Shown: positions 54,194 to 64,000 of the stretch, in pieces
Layout of the letters: each line of letters opens with the position of its first letter
Position numbering within the stretch: position 1 is the stretch's first letter
Source of the DNA: an uncultured delta proteobacterium
GTDB lineage: Bacteria > Myxococcota > Myxococcia > Myxococcales > Myxococcaceae
Length of the DNA: 64,000 bases
Reading direction: 5' to 3'
Assembly: GCA_963771175.1 (NCBI GenBank)
Contig: CAVYSY010000011.1
Coordinates: 64,001-128,000, forward strand
Notes under the pieces: generated by a model
What the model was told of the DNA's origin: nothing
Databases searched by the model: none
The model's input: the letters and a program-made list of their open reading frames with translations, nothing else
Position numbers and translations under genes: made by a program

Positions 54194-54667
54194 TCAATCC
54201 TCCGGGACGGTCTCGATCTTCAGGGCCTCGCGCGCGAAGCGGAGCATGCGCTCCATCAGCGGCTGCATGAGCTCCCGCGGGTGCCGGCCGGACAGGTCCG
54301 CCGCCGTCTCCAGCTTCTCCTTGCAGCGCAGGTCGAGGCAGAGGTTGACGCCCACCCGGCGCTTCGAGTTCACATCCGTGGTGAGCATCCCGATCTCGTT
54401 CGTCGGGCCGTAGCTGTGGCACCAGTCGCACATATGGGACGCCACTCCGCCACCGCCCTGCGAGTCGCGGCGGAAGGCGATGCCCATGGGCCGCTTGCCG
54501 CCCGGCGAGGGCATCACCAGGAACACCCGGGTCCCCGCGGGCTCCACCCAGGTGAAGTAGTCGCGCACGAAGAGCGGGAACTTGATGCCCTCGGGCAGCT
54601 CGACTTTCTCGCGGTCCCTCGGGCGGAACGCGTGCAGGAGGTCTTTCTCCGTCTGTACCAGGAACAT
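54194..54667 (-). CDS. FBP C-terminal (FusB-like treble-clef Zn finger) domain protein
   Basis: DYFTW.EP, MCDWCH and VGVNLCLDLRC. Confidence 0.8.
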   Translation of the reverse strand: MFLVQTEKDLLHAFRPRDREKVELPEGIKFPLFVRDYFTWVEPAGTRVFLVMPSPGGKRPMGIAFRRDSQGGGGVASHMCDWCHSYGPTNEIGMLTTDVNSKRRVGVNLCLDLRCKEKLETAADLSGRHPRELMQPLMERMLRFAREALKIETVPED

Positions 54668-54858
54668 GGTCTTCTCCTCGTGCTGCCCTGTCTCCTGCCA
54701 GGGCGCCTGTGCATCCTCTTCATAAGAGCTCGAGCGGATCGGATGCACGCTCTTGGGGAGTACACGAGCGCTCGCAAGCTCGCCGACTGTGACATGACGT
54801 ATGGGTTATGGTTCGGTTCCACGCACCCGGCCGGGGGTGGGGGTCCGGAGTGTCCTTC

Positions 54859-56212
54859 ATGCTTCCTTTTCGCGGTTTCCCGGCGGAAGTGGTCGCCCTC
54901 CTCGCCGTCCTTCTCGGTTCATCCGCACTGGCTCAACAGTCGGCCTCGCTCGGAGTACGAGCGACCGCCAGATGCGATGGCTATCTCGTCACCTGGGCGG
55001 ATGCGGGGGGCACCAGCTCGTGGGGCGCGCTGCTGAATGCGTATGGCTCCCACCAAGCGAGTCGCTCTCTTCCCCTCCGTCCCAACGTGGCACCGACCGC
55101 CAATGGCAAGGGCTTCCTCGTCGTCTCCGAGAGCTCGTCGGGCCAGGCGAAGGCGCTCGCCGCGTTGCCGATGAGCGGCCTGGATCTGTCAGGGCCCAGC
55201 GAGCCCATCGTGGTCCAGCAGTTCGGCAGCTCCCTCTCCGAGTGGGCGGTCGCTGGTGGTTCGCGGGGAGACCTGTTGCTCTACCAGGGCGCCCTTGGGG
55301 AGGAGCCGCCGAGTCTCTACTTCTCGTGGAGGGCTCTCGACGGGACGGTCTCCACCGCGTCCAGTTTCGCTGGCGATTCCAACATCTTTCGCGCTGGGCC
55401 GGCCGCTGCCTTCAACGGCACCGACTTCCTCGTTGTCTGGGAGGAACGGCCCACCTTCGGCGGCACCTGCCAGGTCAAGGGCTCTCGGGCGGACTCACGG
55501 GGACATGCGATGGGTGCATTTGCCCTGGGCACGTGCGGGGGAACCTCCCGTACGTCGGCCGTGGCCTCTGACGGGAAGGACTTCCTGGTGACGTGGCGAG
55601 GAACGGACGGGCTCTACGCCGCTCGCCTTCTCGCGGACGGGACCGTGATGGAGCCGGGTGCGCAACGGCTGACGTCCGGTATGGCGGGCGCGGCACCGGG
55701 TCGCCCCGTGGTGACGTACGAAGGGCCGCACTACCTGGTGGCCTGGAGGGACGAGGCCGACGGCGTGGTGTACGGGACGCGCGTGGATTCCCAGAGCGGC
55801 ACCGTGGACCCGGTCCCCTTCCGACTGGAGGCCAGCACGGAGGCTCCGGCACTGGCCTCGAATGGAAACGGCCGCGTGCTGCTGGTGTATGTCTCGGACG
55901 GCAAGCCCGTGGCCTGCGTGGGTAGTTCCGAGGATTGGGCCGGTGGTCAGGCGAATTCCAGGCTCTGCTCAACCCTCGGGGCCGTCGCGCCCCCCTGAGA
56001 CAAGCAATGGTAACGGCGTGGGGACCGGGATTTGCGTCTACGGTAGGCCCGGGGATGGCGTGGACGCGGGGACCGGGGATGGCAACGACGGGGGGACCGA
56101 GGACGGCACCGGCTGTGGTTGCTCGGCGGCGGGTGCCTCCGCGGGCTCCACCGTCTTCGCGCTCCTCCTCCTGTCGATGGGTGCTCGCCGACGACCATCA
56201 AGGTCAAAATAG
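54859..56212 (+). CDS. Secreted MYXO-CTERM-anchored protein; frameshift near 55990
   Basis: Signal peptide and repeats (NGKGFLVV, NGTDFLVVW, DGKDFLVTW, EGPHYLVAW). The next frame gives DAGT...GCGCSAAG + TM + RRR. Confidence 0.7.
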
Positions 56213-56271
56213 AGGCATGGGCGCGTGTCGTGGGGCGACGGTGTGGGGCCCCCGGGGGAGGGCCCTGTCCG

Positions 56272-56862
56272 TCAGCCGCGCAGGTGCGTGGTGTCGTTCC
56301 AGAGATGGAGGACGGGCTGGTCCCCGCCGCTGTCGAAGCCGAGCACGCTGATGGAGGCGGTGTTCAGGGCGAAGAGGCGCCCCTCGGTGGGGGGCAGCCC
56401 CAGCCAGCGCGCGGCGAGCACCCGCAGCAGGTGGCCGTGGGCGAAAACGAGCACGTTGCCCTCCACGGAGCGGGCCTCGGCGACGACGCGGTCGGCGCGC
56501 GCGCCCACGTCTCGTGCCGTCTCGCCGCACGGCACGCCGTCCGTCCACAGCGTCCAGTTGGGGCTGGTGGCGCGGATTTCATCCTTCGTCTTGCCCTCGA
56601 AGGTGCCGTAGTCCCACTCCATCAGGTCCGCGCGCAGCTCGGCCACGTCACCGTAGCCGGCCAGGGCGCACGTCTCGCTCGCGCGGCTCAGGGGGCTCGT
56701 CCACACCGCGGCGAAGTCCCAGGCGCTCAGCGGAGTCCGGAGCACCGTGGCCATGCGGCGGCCCTCCTCCAACAACGGGATGTCCGTGCGTCCGGTGTGC
56801 TGGCCGCTGCGGCTCCACGCGGTTTCTCCATGGCGGACGAGGACGAGAGAGCGAGGCTTCAT
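56272..56862 (-). CDS. Histidine phosphatase (PGM/acid phosphatase family)
   Basis: RHGET, SPLSRA, EWDYG and AHGH. Confidence 0.92.
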   Translation of the reverse strand: MKPRSLVLVRHGETAWSRSGQHTGRTDIPLLEEGRRMATVLRTPLSAWDFAAVWTSPLSRASETCALAGYGDVAELRADLMEWDYGTFEGKTKDEIRATSPNWTLWTDGVPCGETARDVGARADRVVAEARSVEGNVLVFAHGHLLRVLAARWLGLPPTEGRLFALNTASISVLGFDSGGDQPVLHLWNDTTHLRG

Positions 56863-57023
56863 GGGGTTCCTCTTGGATCCGCGCACTCTGCCACCGGGGG
56901 AGGGCTCGGCGGAACACCCCCTGCCCGGGGTGCCTTACCTGTGGGCCTGGGTGCTCCTCCGCAACACCCCGTCTTACGGAGTGTTTCATGGCCCCCGCGG
57001 CCCTTGGGCTTCGAGGCGATTCG

Positions 57024-57056
57024 TGCGACACAACTGCGACACAACTGCGACACAAC
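57024..57056. repeat. Three perfect tandem 11-bp direct repeats
   Basis: TGCGACACAAC at 57024, 57035 and 57046, in the divergent intergenic region. Confidence 0.9.
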
Positions 57057-57130
57057 ATGGTGGAGGCTCGGGGTGCCGGACCCGACCCCCTCTCCCTGTG
57101 AGGGTTTTGCCTTTGGATTTCGACAGAGGG

Positions 57131-59575
57131 ATGGAGCGCTTCGCCTGGTTGTCGTACCGGAAGCCGGGTCGTGTGCTCGCATGTGTGCTGGTGGTGACGC
57201 TCCTCGCGGGCCTGCTCGCCTCGCGACTCGTCTTCCACGGTTCCTTCGTGGAGCTGCTGCCCGCGCATACCCAGGAGGTGCGAGAGCTGGAGGCCGTGTC
57301 CCATAAGGCGGGAGGGGACGGCTATCTGGTCCTGCGCGCCCGGGGAGCGAGCCCGGAGACCCTGCGCCGTTTCGCCCAGGAGCTGGCGCCGCGGCTGGAG
57401 GCGCTGGAGGAGGTCCGCTACGTCGAGTTCCGCTACGACACGCGCTTCTTCGAGGACCGCGCCCTGCTGCTGCTCTCCGCGGAGCAACTGCGTGCCCTGC
57501 GCGAGGACCTCGAGGGTGTGGTCCGGGCGGAGAAGCTCGCGGCCAACCCGCTCTACGTGTCCCTGGAGGACACCCCTCCGCCGTCGCTCGAGGAGCTCGC
57601 CCGCCGTCATGCGCCTCGCGCGGTCGTGCGCGAGTACTTGAGCTCGGCGGACGGCAGCGAGCTGTACCTGTTCGTGAAGCCCTCCGGCCTCGCCGGGGAC
57701 CTCGTCTTCGCCCAACGGCTGTTGACGCGGGTGCAGGCCACGAGCACGGAAGTGGCACGGGGCTTCCCGGGCGTGGAGACGGACGCCACGGGCGTGCACG
57801 TGCTCCGGCTCGAGGAGGACCGGCGGATGCGCCAGGACCTCACGCGCGCCTCGATGCTCTCGTGCGCCATCGCGGCGCTCATCGTCGTCCTGTCCTGCCG
57901 GCGCCTCTCCGCGCTCCTCGTGGTGTGCGCCCCCGTGGGCGTGGGGCTGCTCATCACCTTCGCGGTGGCGCAGCAGACCATCGGCTACCTCAACATCATC
58001 ACCGGCTTCCTCGTCGCCATCCTCATCGGCCTGGGCATCGAGTACGGCCTCCACCTGGTGCTGCGCTACTCCGAGGAGCGCCGCCAGCATCCCGCCGAGG
58101 AGGCGCTCCGGGAGACCATCCTGGGCACCTGGAAGGGCGCGCTGACGTCGGCCTGCACCAACGCCGCCGCCTTCTCCGCGCTCACGCTCGCCGAGTTCCA
58201 GGCCTTCGCCCAGTTCGGGTGGATCGCCGCCTCGGGCGTGATGCTCACGGTGCTGGCCACGTATCTGCTCGGCCCCGCGCTCCTCGCCCTGACCGAGCGG
58301 TTGCGGCCGCTGCGCGCGGAGGCCCCGCTGCCGGCCCGGCCCTACCGCGTGGCCCCGCGCCTGCCCCGGGCCGTGCTGGTGGGCATCGTCGTGGGGACCG
58401 GCGTGCTGGTGGCCTACTCCGCCTCGGTGGTGCGCTTTATCGGCTTCGAGCCCGACATGCGCAAGCTGCGCGGGGAGTTCGCCGCCACGAAGCTCGATGA
58501 TCGCATCATCTCCCAGCTCGGCCGGCGCCACGCGCCCACCGTCTTCCTCACCCAGGACGTCTCGGAGGCGGGCCGGCTCGCGGCCTCGTTGCGCGAGCTC
58601 GAGGCGCGCCATGGCGAGGCTCGGACGTTCGCGGAGATCGTCTCGCTGAGCGACTTCCTGCCGCGCACCGGCGGAGACGTCGAGGCGGAGCGGGCCGCGC
58701 TGCGTGCGTTCGTCGACCGGCTGCCCGAGAGCGCTCGGAGCTCGGAGCGGCTGCGCCCCGCGCTGAGCCGCCTGGAGACGATGCTGAATGCCCGTCCCTT
58801 CGGCGTGGAGGAGCTGCCCGCCGAGGTGCGCCGTCGCTTCACCGCGCTGGATGGAGAGGGCAACTTCGTGCTCGCCTTCAAGCGCGAGTCGCTCTCCGAC
58901 ACGGACGCGCTGCACCGCTTCGGCGAGCAGATGGGCGAGCTGCGCGAGCTGGCCCGTACCCAGGGGCTCCAGTTCCAGGTGCTCGACTCGAACCTCATCG
59001 CCTACCGCATCTTCGAGCTGGTGCGGAAGGATGGGCCCTGGCTGCTGCTCGCCGCCGGGCTCGCGGTGTTCGCGATGATGGTGATGAGCCTGCGCAGCTT
59101 CCGCCGGGCGGGGCTGGTGGCCGGGCCGCTGTACCTCGGGCTCGCCTGTCTGCCGGCGGCGATGCACCTCTACGGGCTGAAGCTCAACTTCATCAACGCG
59201 GTGGTGCTGCCCAACCTGCTGGCGATCGCCGTGGACAACGCGGTGCACCTCTACCACCGCTACCGCGAGGAGGGGCCGGGCTCACTGCCCCACGTGGTGC
59301 GCACCACGGGCGTCGCGGCGGTGGTGGCCACGCTGTCCAATGCGGCGGGCTACGGCGCGCTGCTCACGGCGCGCCACCCGGGGCTGCGCTCCATCGGGGA
59401 GATTGCCCTCCTGGGCGTCGCCTGTGCCTTCCTGGGCACGACGGTGCTGTTCCCGGCCATCCTCGCGCTGCTCGAGCGCCCTCAATCCGGCGCGCCGGGT
59501 GAGGACGTGGACGAGGGCCTGTCGTTGCCGCTCCCGGTGGAGACGGACGAGGAGGAGGCCCGGCGCTCCGCGTGA
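57131..59575 (+). CDS. MMPL/RND-family transporter
   Basis: Two TM bundles, each after a large loop; ILIGLGIEYGLH and LLAIAVDNAVH motifs. Confidence 0.88.
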   Translation: MERFAWLSYRKPGRVLACVLVVTLLAGLLASRLVFHGSFVELLPAHTQEVRELEAVSHKAGGDGYLVLRARGASPETLRRFAQELAPRLEALEEVRYVEFRYDTRFFEDRALLLLSAEQLRALREDLEGVVRAEKLAANPLYVSLEDTPPPSLEELARRHAPRAVVREYLSSADGSELYLFVKPSGLAGDLVFAQRLLTRVQATSTEVARGFPGVETDATGVHVLRLEEDRRMRQDLTRASMLSCAIAALIVVLSCRRLSALLVVCAPVGVGLLITFAVAQQTIGYLNIITGFLVAILIGLGIEYGLHLVLRYSEERRQHPAEEALRETILGTWKGALTSACTNAAAFSALTLAEFQAFAQFGWIAASGVMLTVLATYLLGPALLALTERLRPLRAEAPLPARPYRVAPRLPRAVLVGIVVGTGVLVAYSASVVRFIGFEPDMRKLRGEFAATKLDDRIISQLGRRHAPTVFLTQDVSEAGRLAASLRELEARHGEARTFAEIVSLSDFLPRTGGDVEAERAALRAFVDRLPESARSSERLRPALSRLETMLNARPFGVEELPAEVRRRFTALDGEGNFVLAFKRESLSDTDALHRFGEQMGELRELARTQGLQFQVLDSNLIAYRIFELVRKDGPWLLLAAGLAVFAMMVMSLRSFRRAGLVAGPLYLGLACLPAAMHLYGLKLNFINAVVLPNLLAIAVDNAVHLYHRYREEGPGSLPHVVRTTGVAAVVATLSNAAGYGALLTARHPGLRSIGEIALLGVACAFLGTTVLFPAILALLERPQSGAPGEDVDEGLSLPLPVETDEEEARRSA

Positions 59576-59606
59576 CGGCGGAGCGGTGGGGTGTTAGGTG
59601 TCACGC

Positions 59607-60237
59607 ATGAGCGAGCTCGTGACGATCAGGGTGTGGTCGGACTTCGTCTGACCGTGGTGCTACGTCGGCCTCGTGGAGGTCGAGAAGCTGAAGAAGGAGT
59701 ACGACGTCCAGGTGGACTGGCGTCCGTTCTTCCTGCGTCCGGAGACGCCGCCAGAGGGGCTCCCCCTGCCGGCCTACGTGCGCGAGCGGATGAAGGACCC
59801 GAACAACCCGCTCAAGCTGCCGGGCGGCCAGGGCCGGGTTGAAGATGGTGGAGCGCGAGATCATCCCCTCGACGCGCCGCGCCCACGAGGCGGCGGAGTT
59901 CGCGCGGGACGCACGGGCCGCTCGAGCCGTTCCAGGCGGCGCTGCTGCGGCGCTACTGGAGCGAGGGGCAGGACCTCTGGCAGTGGGACACGCTGCGAGG
60001 CGCGGCGCAGGAGGCGGGCCTGGACCCCGACGCGATGCAGCGCGCGGTGGAGCAGGGCCGCTACCGAACAGGTCGTCGAGGACGCCGTCCGCGAGGCGCG
60101 GGAGCTGGGCATCGCAGGCGGTGCCCACCTTCATCCTCGGGGATCGCTACGCCTTCCAGGGCGCCCAGGAGTACGGCGTCTTCCGCCAGGTGATGGAGCG
60201 GCTGGGCGTCAAGCCGCGCGCCGCGCGTCCGGGTTGA
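59607..60237 (+). CDS. DsbA/FrnE-family oxidoreductase with in-frame TGA (UxxC; candidate selenoprotein); later frameshifts
   Basis: WSDFV-TGA-PWCYVG, WRPFFLRP and VPTF...GAQ; hairpin at 59665-59683. Confidence 0.85.
59665..59683 (+). promoter_or_regulatory. Candidate bacterial SECIS hairpin
   Basis: TCGGCCTC-GTG-GAGGTCGA, starting 13 nt after TGA 59649-59651, with G first in the loop. Confidence 0.6.
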
Positions 60238-60327
60238 CCGGGCGGCTGTAGGGGACCCCGTGGTGTGAATTTCCGCCCGCCCGGCAACTCGTTCGGGCGG
60301 CGCGGCGCTGGGGTATCCTGGGAGGCC

Positions 60328-60978
60328 ATGCTCTTCGGAAAGAAAGAGCCGCCCACGCGCTCGGAGCTCATCATCGAGGCCGATCGCGCTCGCTCCAAGG
60401 GCAAGCTCAAGAAGGCGATCGCCGGGTATCGCAAGGCGCTGGAACTGGAGCCGAAGGATCCGGCCGTCCACGTGAAGCTGGCGCCGTTGCTGGCTCGGGT
60501 GAACGAGAGCGAGGCCTCGCTCCAGAGCTTCCGTGCGGCGGCCCAAGGGCACCTGGACAAGGGGTTCACGGACAAGGCGCTGGCCGTCTACACGCAGGCG
60601 GCGGAGACGTTCCCGGCGCAGGTGAGCCTCTGGCAGCAGGTGGCTCAGATGAACATCGCGCGGGGGCGCCGCGCGGACGCGGTGAGGATGTTCCTGCGAG
60701 GTCGGATCCTCCTGAGCGGCAAGAACGAGCGCCGGGAGGCCATCGCCCTGCTGAAGGAAGCGCTCGCGCTGGAACCCACGCTCTTCGATCCGAGGCTGGA
60801 TCTGGCGCTGCTGCTGGCTCGGCAGAATCAGCCGGCCGAGGCGATGGCGTTGCTCGAACCGATGGCGAAGCAACTGAAGGGTCGACAGCTCCGGCAGGTG
60901 CGCTGGACGATGCTGCGTGTCTCTCCCGGCCTGGGCTCGGCGTGGCGGTGGCTGCGCGTCGCGCTGGCGAGAGGCTGA
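60328..60978 (+). CDS. Tetratricopeptide-repeat protein
   Basis: GGAGG RBS; AIAGYRKALELEP and AIALLKEALALEP repeats. Confidence 0.85.
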   Translation: MLFGKKEPPTRSELIIEADRARSKGKLKKAIAGYRKALELEPKDPAVHVKLAPLLARVNESEASLQSFRAAAQGHLDKGFTDKALAVYTQAAETFPAQVSLWQQVAQMNIARGRRADAVRMFLRGRILLSGKNERREAIALLKEALALEPTLFDPRLDLALLLARQNQPAEAMALLEPMAKQLKGRQLRQVRWTMLRVSPGLGSAWRWLRVALARG

Positions 60979-60993
60979 GCGGACTCGGAAGCT

Positions 60994-61024
60994 CCCCTCG
61001 CCCTCTTGACAAGAGGGGAGGGGA
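60994..61024. terminator. Imperfect hairpin between convergent TPR and trpA genes
   Basis: TCCCCTCGCCCTCTTG-AC-AAGAGGGGAGGGGA. Confidence 0.45.
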
Positions 61025-61033
61025 ATCAACGGC

Positions 61034-61830
61034 TCAGCGCTTGAGGCCGCGCTTGATCTCCGCGCACACCTGGCGCGCCGCCGCGGGCCCATCGGCCTGG
61101 GCGGCGCGCACGATGGCGCTGCCCACCACCACGCCGTCCGCGTGGGCGGCCACCACCTGGGCCTGCTCGGCGGTGGAGATGCCGAAGCCCGCGACCACCG
61201 GCACCGGCGAGCGGCGCCGCACCAGCTCCAGCCGCTCGGACAGGTCGGCCGGCAGCTCCGCGCGCATGCCCGTCACGCCCGCCACCGACACGCAGTAGAC
61301 GAAGCCACGCGCGTCCTTCGCGATGGACTCCGCGCGCGCCGGCGGCGTGGTGGGCGCGCACAGGGGGATGAGGTCCACCCCTGCCGCGTCGAAGGCCTCG
61401 CGCAGCTCGCGCTCTCCTCGGGAGGCAGGTCCGGCAGGATGGTGCCCGACACGCCGGCTCCCGCGGCCAGCTTCGCGTAGCGCTCCTCGCCCATCGCCAT
61501 CACCACGTTGACGTACGTCATGATGACCAGCGGCGTCTGGGGGCAGCGCTGGCGCACCGCGGGCACCACCTCGTCGCAGCACGCGCTTCAGCGTGGCGCC
61601 GGCCTTCAGCGCCCGCTCGCTGGCGGCCTGGATGACGGGGCCGTCCGCGATGGGGTCGCTGAACGCGACGCCCACCTCCAGCACGTCCGCGCCGCCCTCC
61701 ACCATGGCGCGAACACGTCCACCGAGCGCGAGAGGTCCGGGGTCTCCCGCCATCGCGTAGCGCCACCAGCGCGCACTCGCCGCGCGGCCTGCGCCCGCGC
61801 GAACGCGGCCGCGAGCTCTCCGCGCGCCAT
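61034..61830 (-). CDS. trpA: Tryptophan synthase alpha chain (frameshifted)
   Basis: [32 protein letters not shown] and DGVVVGSA. Confidence 0.92.
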
Positions 61831-63051
61831 CACTGCACCTCCTGCTCGCCCGAAGGCGGGCGGGCATGCGCCGTGCTCGCGATGGTGGCCACGTCCTTGT
61901 CGCCGCGGCCCGAGCAGTTGATGACCAGGTGCTTGCCCTGGCCCCAGCTCTCGCGCCAGCTCGCCGGCGCGCGCGAAGGCGTGACAGGTCTCCAGCGCGG
62001 GCAGGATGCCCTCGGTGCGGCACACCTGGTAGAAGGCCTCGAGCGCCTCGTCGTCCGTGGCGGTGCGCACCTCCAGCCGCCCCGTCTTCGCCAGGTGCGC
62101 GAGCTCGGGACCCACGCCCGGGTAGTCCAGGCCCGCGCTGATGGAGTGCGCCTCCTGGATCTGCCCGTGCTCGTCCTGCAGCACCAGCGAGCGCGAGCCG
62201 TGCAGCACGCCCCGGCTGCCCAGCGTCAGCGAGGCGCCGTGCTCCGCGTGTGCAGGCCGTGGCCGCCGGCCTCCACGCCCACCAGCCGCACGCCCGCGTC
62301 CTCGATGAAGGGGTGCAGCACGCCGATGGCGTTCGAGCCGCCGCCGATGCACGCGACGATGGCGTCCGGCAGCCTGCCGAAGGCCGCCTGCGACTGCACG
62401 CGCAGCTCGTGGCCGATGACGGACTGGAAGTCGCGCACGATGGTGGGGTAGGGGTGCGGCCCCGCCGCGCTGCCGATGACGTAGTAGGTGTCCTGCGACG
62501 CTGGGCCACCCAGGTGCGCATGGCCTCGTTCATCGCGTCCTTGAGCGTGCGCGAGCCCGACTCCACCGCGTGCACCGTGGCCCCCAGCGCGCTCATGCGG
62601 AAGACGTTGAGCGCCTGGCGCTCCACGTCCAGCCGCGCCCATGTAGACCTCGCACGGGCAGGCCGAACAGGGCGCACGCGGTGGCGGTGGCCACGCCGTG
62701 CTGGCCCGCGCCCGTCTCCGCGATGATGCGCTTCTTGCCCATGCGCATCGCCAGCAGCACCTGGCCGATGGTGTTGTTGATTTTGTGCGCGCCCGTGTGC
62801 GCGAGGTCCTCGCGCTTGAGCCACACCTGCGGCGCCACCCCACAGCTCGGTGAGCCGGCGCGCGGGCGTCAGCGGCGTCTCGCGGCCCGACGAACTCGCG
62901 CAGCACCTGCGCCACCTGGGCCTGGAAGGCCGGGTCCCTACGGGCCTCGGCGTAGGCCTGCTCCAGCTCCTGCAGGGCCGGAACGAGCGTCTCGGGTACG
63001 TAGCGGCCGCCGTAAGGGCCCGAAGCGGCCAGGGGCGGTTTGCGTATTCAT
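61830..63051 (-). CDS. trpB: Tryptophan synthase beta chain (frameshifted)
   Basis: [48 protein letters not shown] and EGILPALE. Confidence 0.93.
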
Positions 63052-63060
63052 GGTCGTCCA

Positions 63061-63699
63061 TCACTCCCAGACGCAAGTGCTTCGCGGCGCGCACGAAGGC
63101 GCGCACCGCGTTCGCATTCTTGAGGCCCGGGGCTGACTCCACCCCGCTCGCCACGTCCACGCCGTAGGGCCGGGTGGCCCGCACGGCGGCTTCCAACGTT
63201 GGCCGGGGTGAGGCCACCGGCCACCAGCACCGGCAGCCCGCGTCGCGCGAGCCGCGCCACCAGCGACCAGTCGAAGCCCACGCCCCCGCCGCCGTAGCCC
63301 GGCGCCGCCCCGTCCAGCAGCAGCGCCGCCACGTCGCCCGCGCCCACGTAGGTGCGCGCCCGCTCCACGTCCCGGGCGCCGCGCACCCGCAGCGCCTTGA
63401 TGACGGGCACGCCGTACCCCGAGCAGGCCTCGGGCGGCTCGTCACCGTGGAGCTGCACCGCGGTCAGCCCGCACTCGCGCACGCGGTCGCGGATGAGGTC
63501 CGGCGACTCGTTGACGAACACGCCCACCACCGCGCCCAGCGGCGGGCGCGTGCGCGCCAGCAGCGCCGCCGTCTCCGGCGTCACACAGCGCGGCGAGCGC
63601 GAGTAGAAGTTGAGCCCCAGCGCGTCCGCGCCCGCGTCCCACGCCAGGCGCGCGTCCTCCACGCGGGTGACGCCGCAGATCTTCGACGCGAGCACTCAC
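63061..63699 (-). CDS. trpF: Phosphoribosylanthranilate isomerase (frameshifted)
   Basis: KICG, VGVFVN, VQLHG, GG.G..FDW, AGGL and GVDVASGVE. Confidence 0.92.
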
Positions 63700-64000
63700 G
63701 GTTCACCCATGGGCGCGAGCAGCCGAGCCAGGGCTCGACCCGGCTCCGCGTCGCGCAGCAGGGACTCGCCCACCAGCACCGCGTCCGCTCCCGAGGCCCG
63801 TGCCGCCACGAAGTCCTCGCGTGTCTTGAGGCCGCTCTCCGCCACCAGCGCCTTCGCCCTGCTGCGCAGCGTGGGGATGACCTGCAGCGCGGTGGAGATG
63901 TCCGTGCGCAGCGTGGCCAGGTTGCGGTTGTTGATGCCCACCAACTCCGCGCCCGCCTTCAGTGCGCGCTCGGCGTGCTCCGCCGTGTGGGCTTCCACCA
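63696..64000 (-). CDS. trpC: Indole-3-glycerol-phosphate synthase, 3' part (cut by window edge)
   Basis: VEAH, GINNRNL, AESG and VLVGESL. Confidence 0.9.
   Translation of the reverse strand, partial: VEAHTAEHAERALKAGAELVGINNRNLATLRTDISTALQVIPTLRSRAKALVAESGLKTREDFVAARASGADAVLVGESLLRDAEPGRALARLLAPMGEP

Noticed and set aside
57024..57056. CRISPR array
   Set aside because: The repeats are 11 bp with no spacers, and there are no cas genes. No CRISPR array was seen anywhere in the window.
61034..63445. 803-aa TrpF/TrpB/TrpA fusion ORF
   Set aside because: It is a mosaic of frames produced by indels; the individual genes have their own starts and stops.

Overview
GC-rich bacterial DNA, most likely a myxobacterium (inferred from a SitA-type lipoprotein toxin, a MYXO-CTERM tail and an ACIII-caa3 operon). 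Many genes, including housekeeping trp and respiratory genes, carry 1-nt frameshifts in clusters. These are best read as sequencing or assembly indels, and I merged the fragments into single genes. In order along the window: (i) a minus-strand copper-enzyme operon with a giant MnxG-type multicopper oxidase lipoprotein, a beta-propeller protein and a double-SCO chaperone; (ii) a PptH-like metallophosphoesterase, a tandem two-motor SF1 helicase, a SitA5-type toxin/immunity pair, a LigG-like GST, a sigma54-driven orphan secreted protein and tRNA-Gly(GCC); (iii) an Ig-repeat lipoprotein between broken methyltransferase pieces, a DUF4388/roadblock pair, an orphan MbtH, two atypical receivers, an XRE regulator and an XPB-like helicase plus DUF790 (Bax1-like) pair; (iv) a kelch/IPT lipoprotein with a small beta-barrel; (v) a complete alternative complex III (actA-G) plus sco and type-A2 caa3 oxidase operon; (vi) SDR, a Gre-like factor, PfpI, an esterase, trpE/trpG, an FBP-domain protein, a MYXO-CTERM protein, a phosphatase, an MMPL transporter, a DsbA/FrnE gene with in-frame TGA and a SECIS-like hairpin (candidate selenoprotein), a TPR protein and trpC-F-B-A. 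Family assignments come from motif recognition and remembered reference sequences, not database searches.
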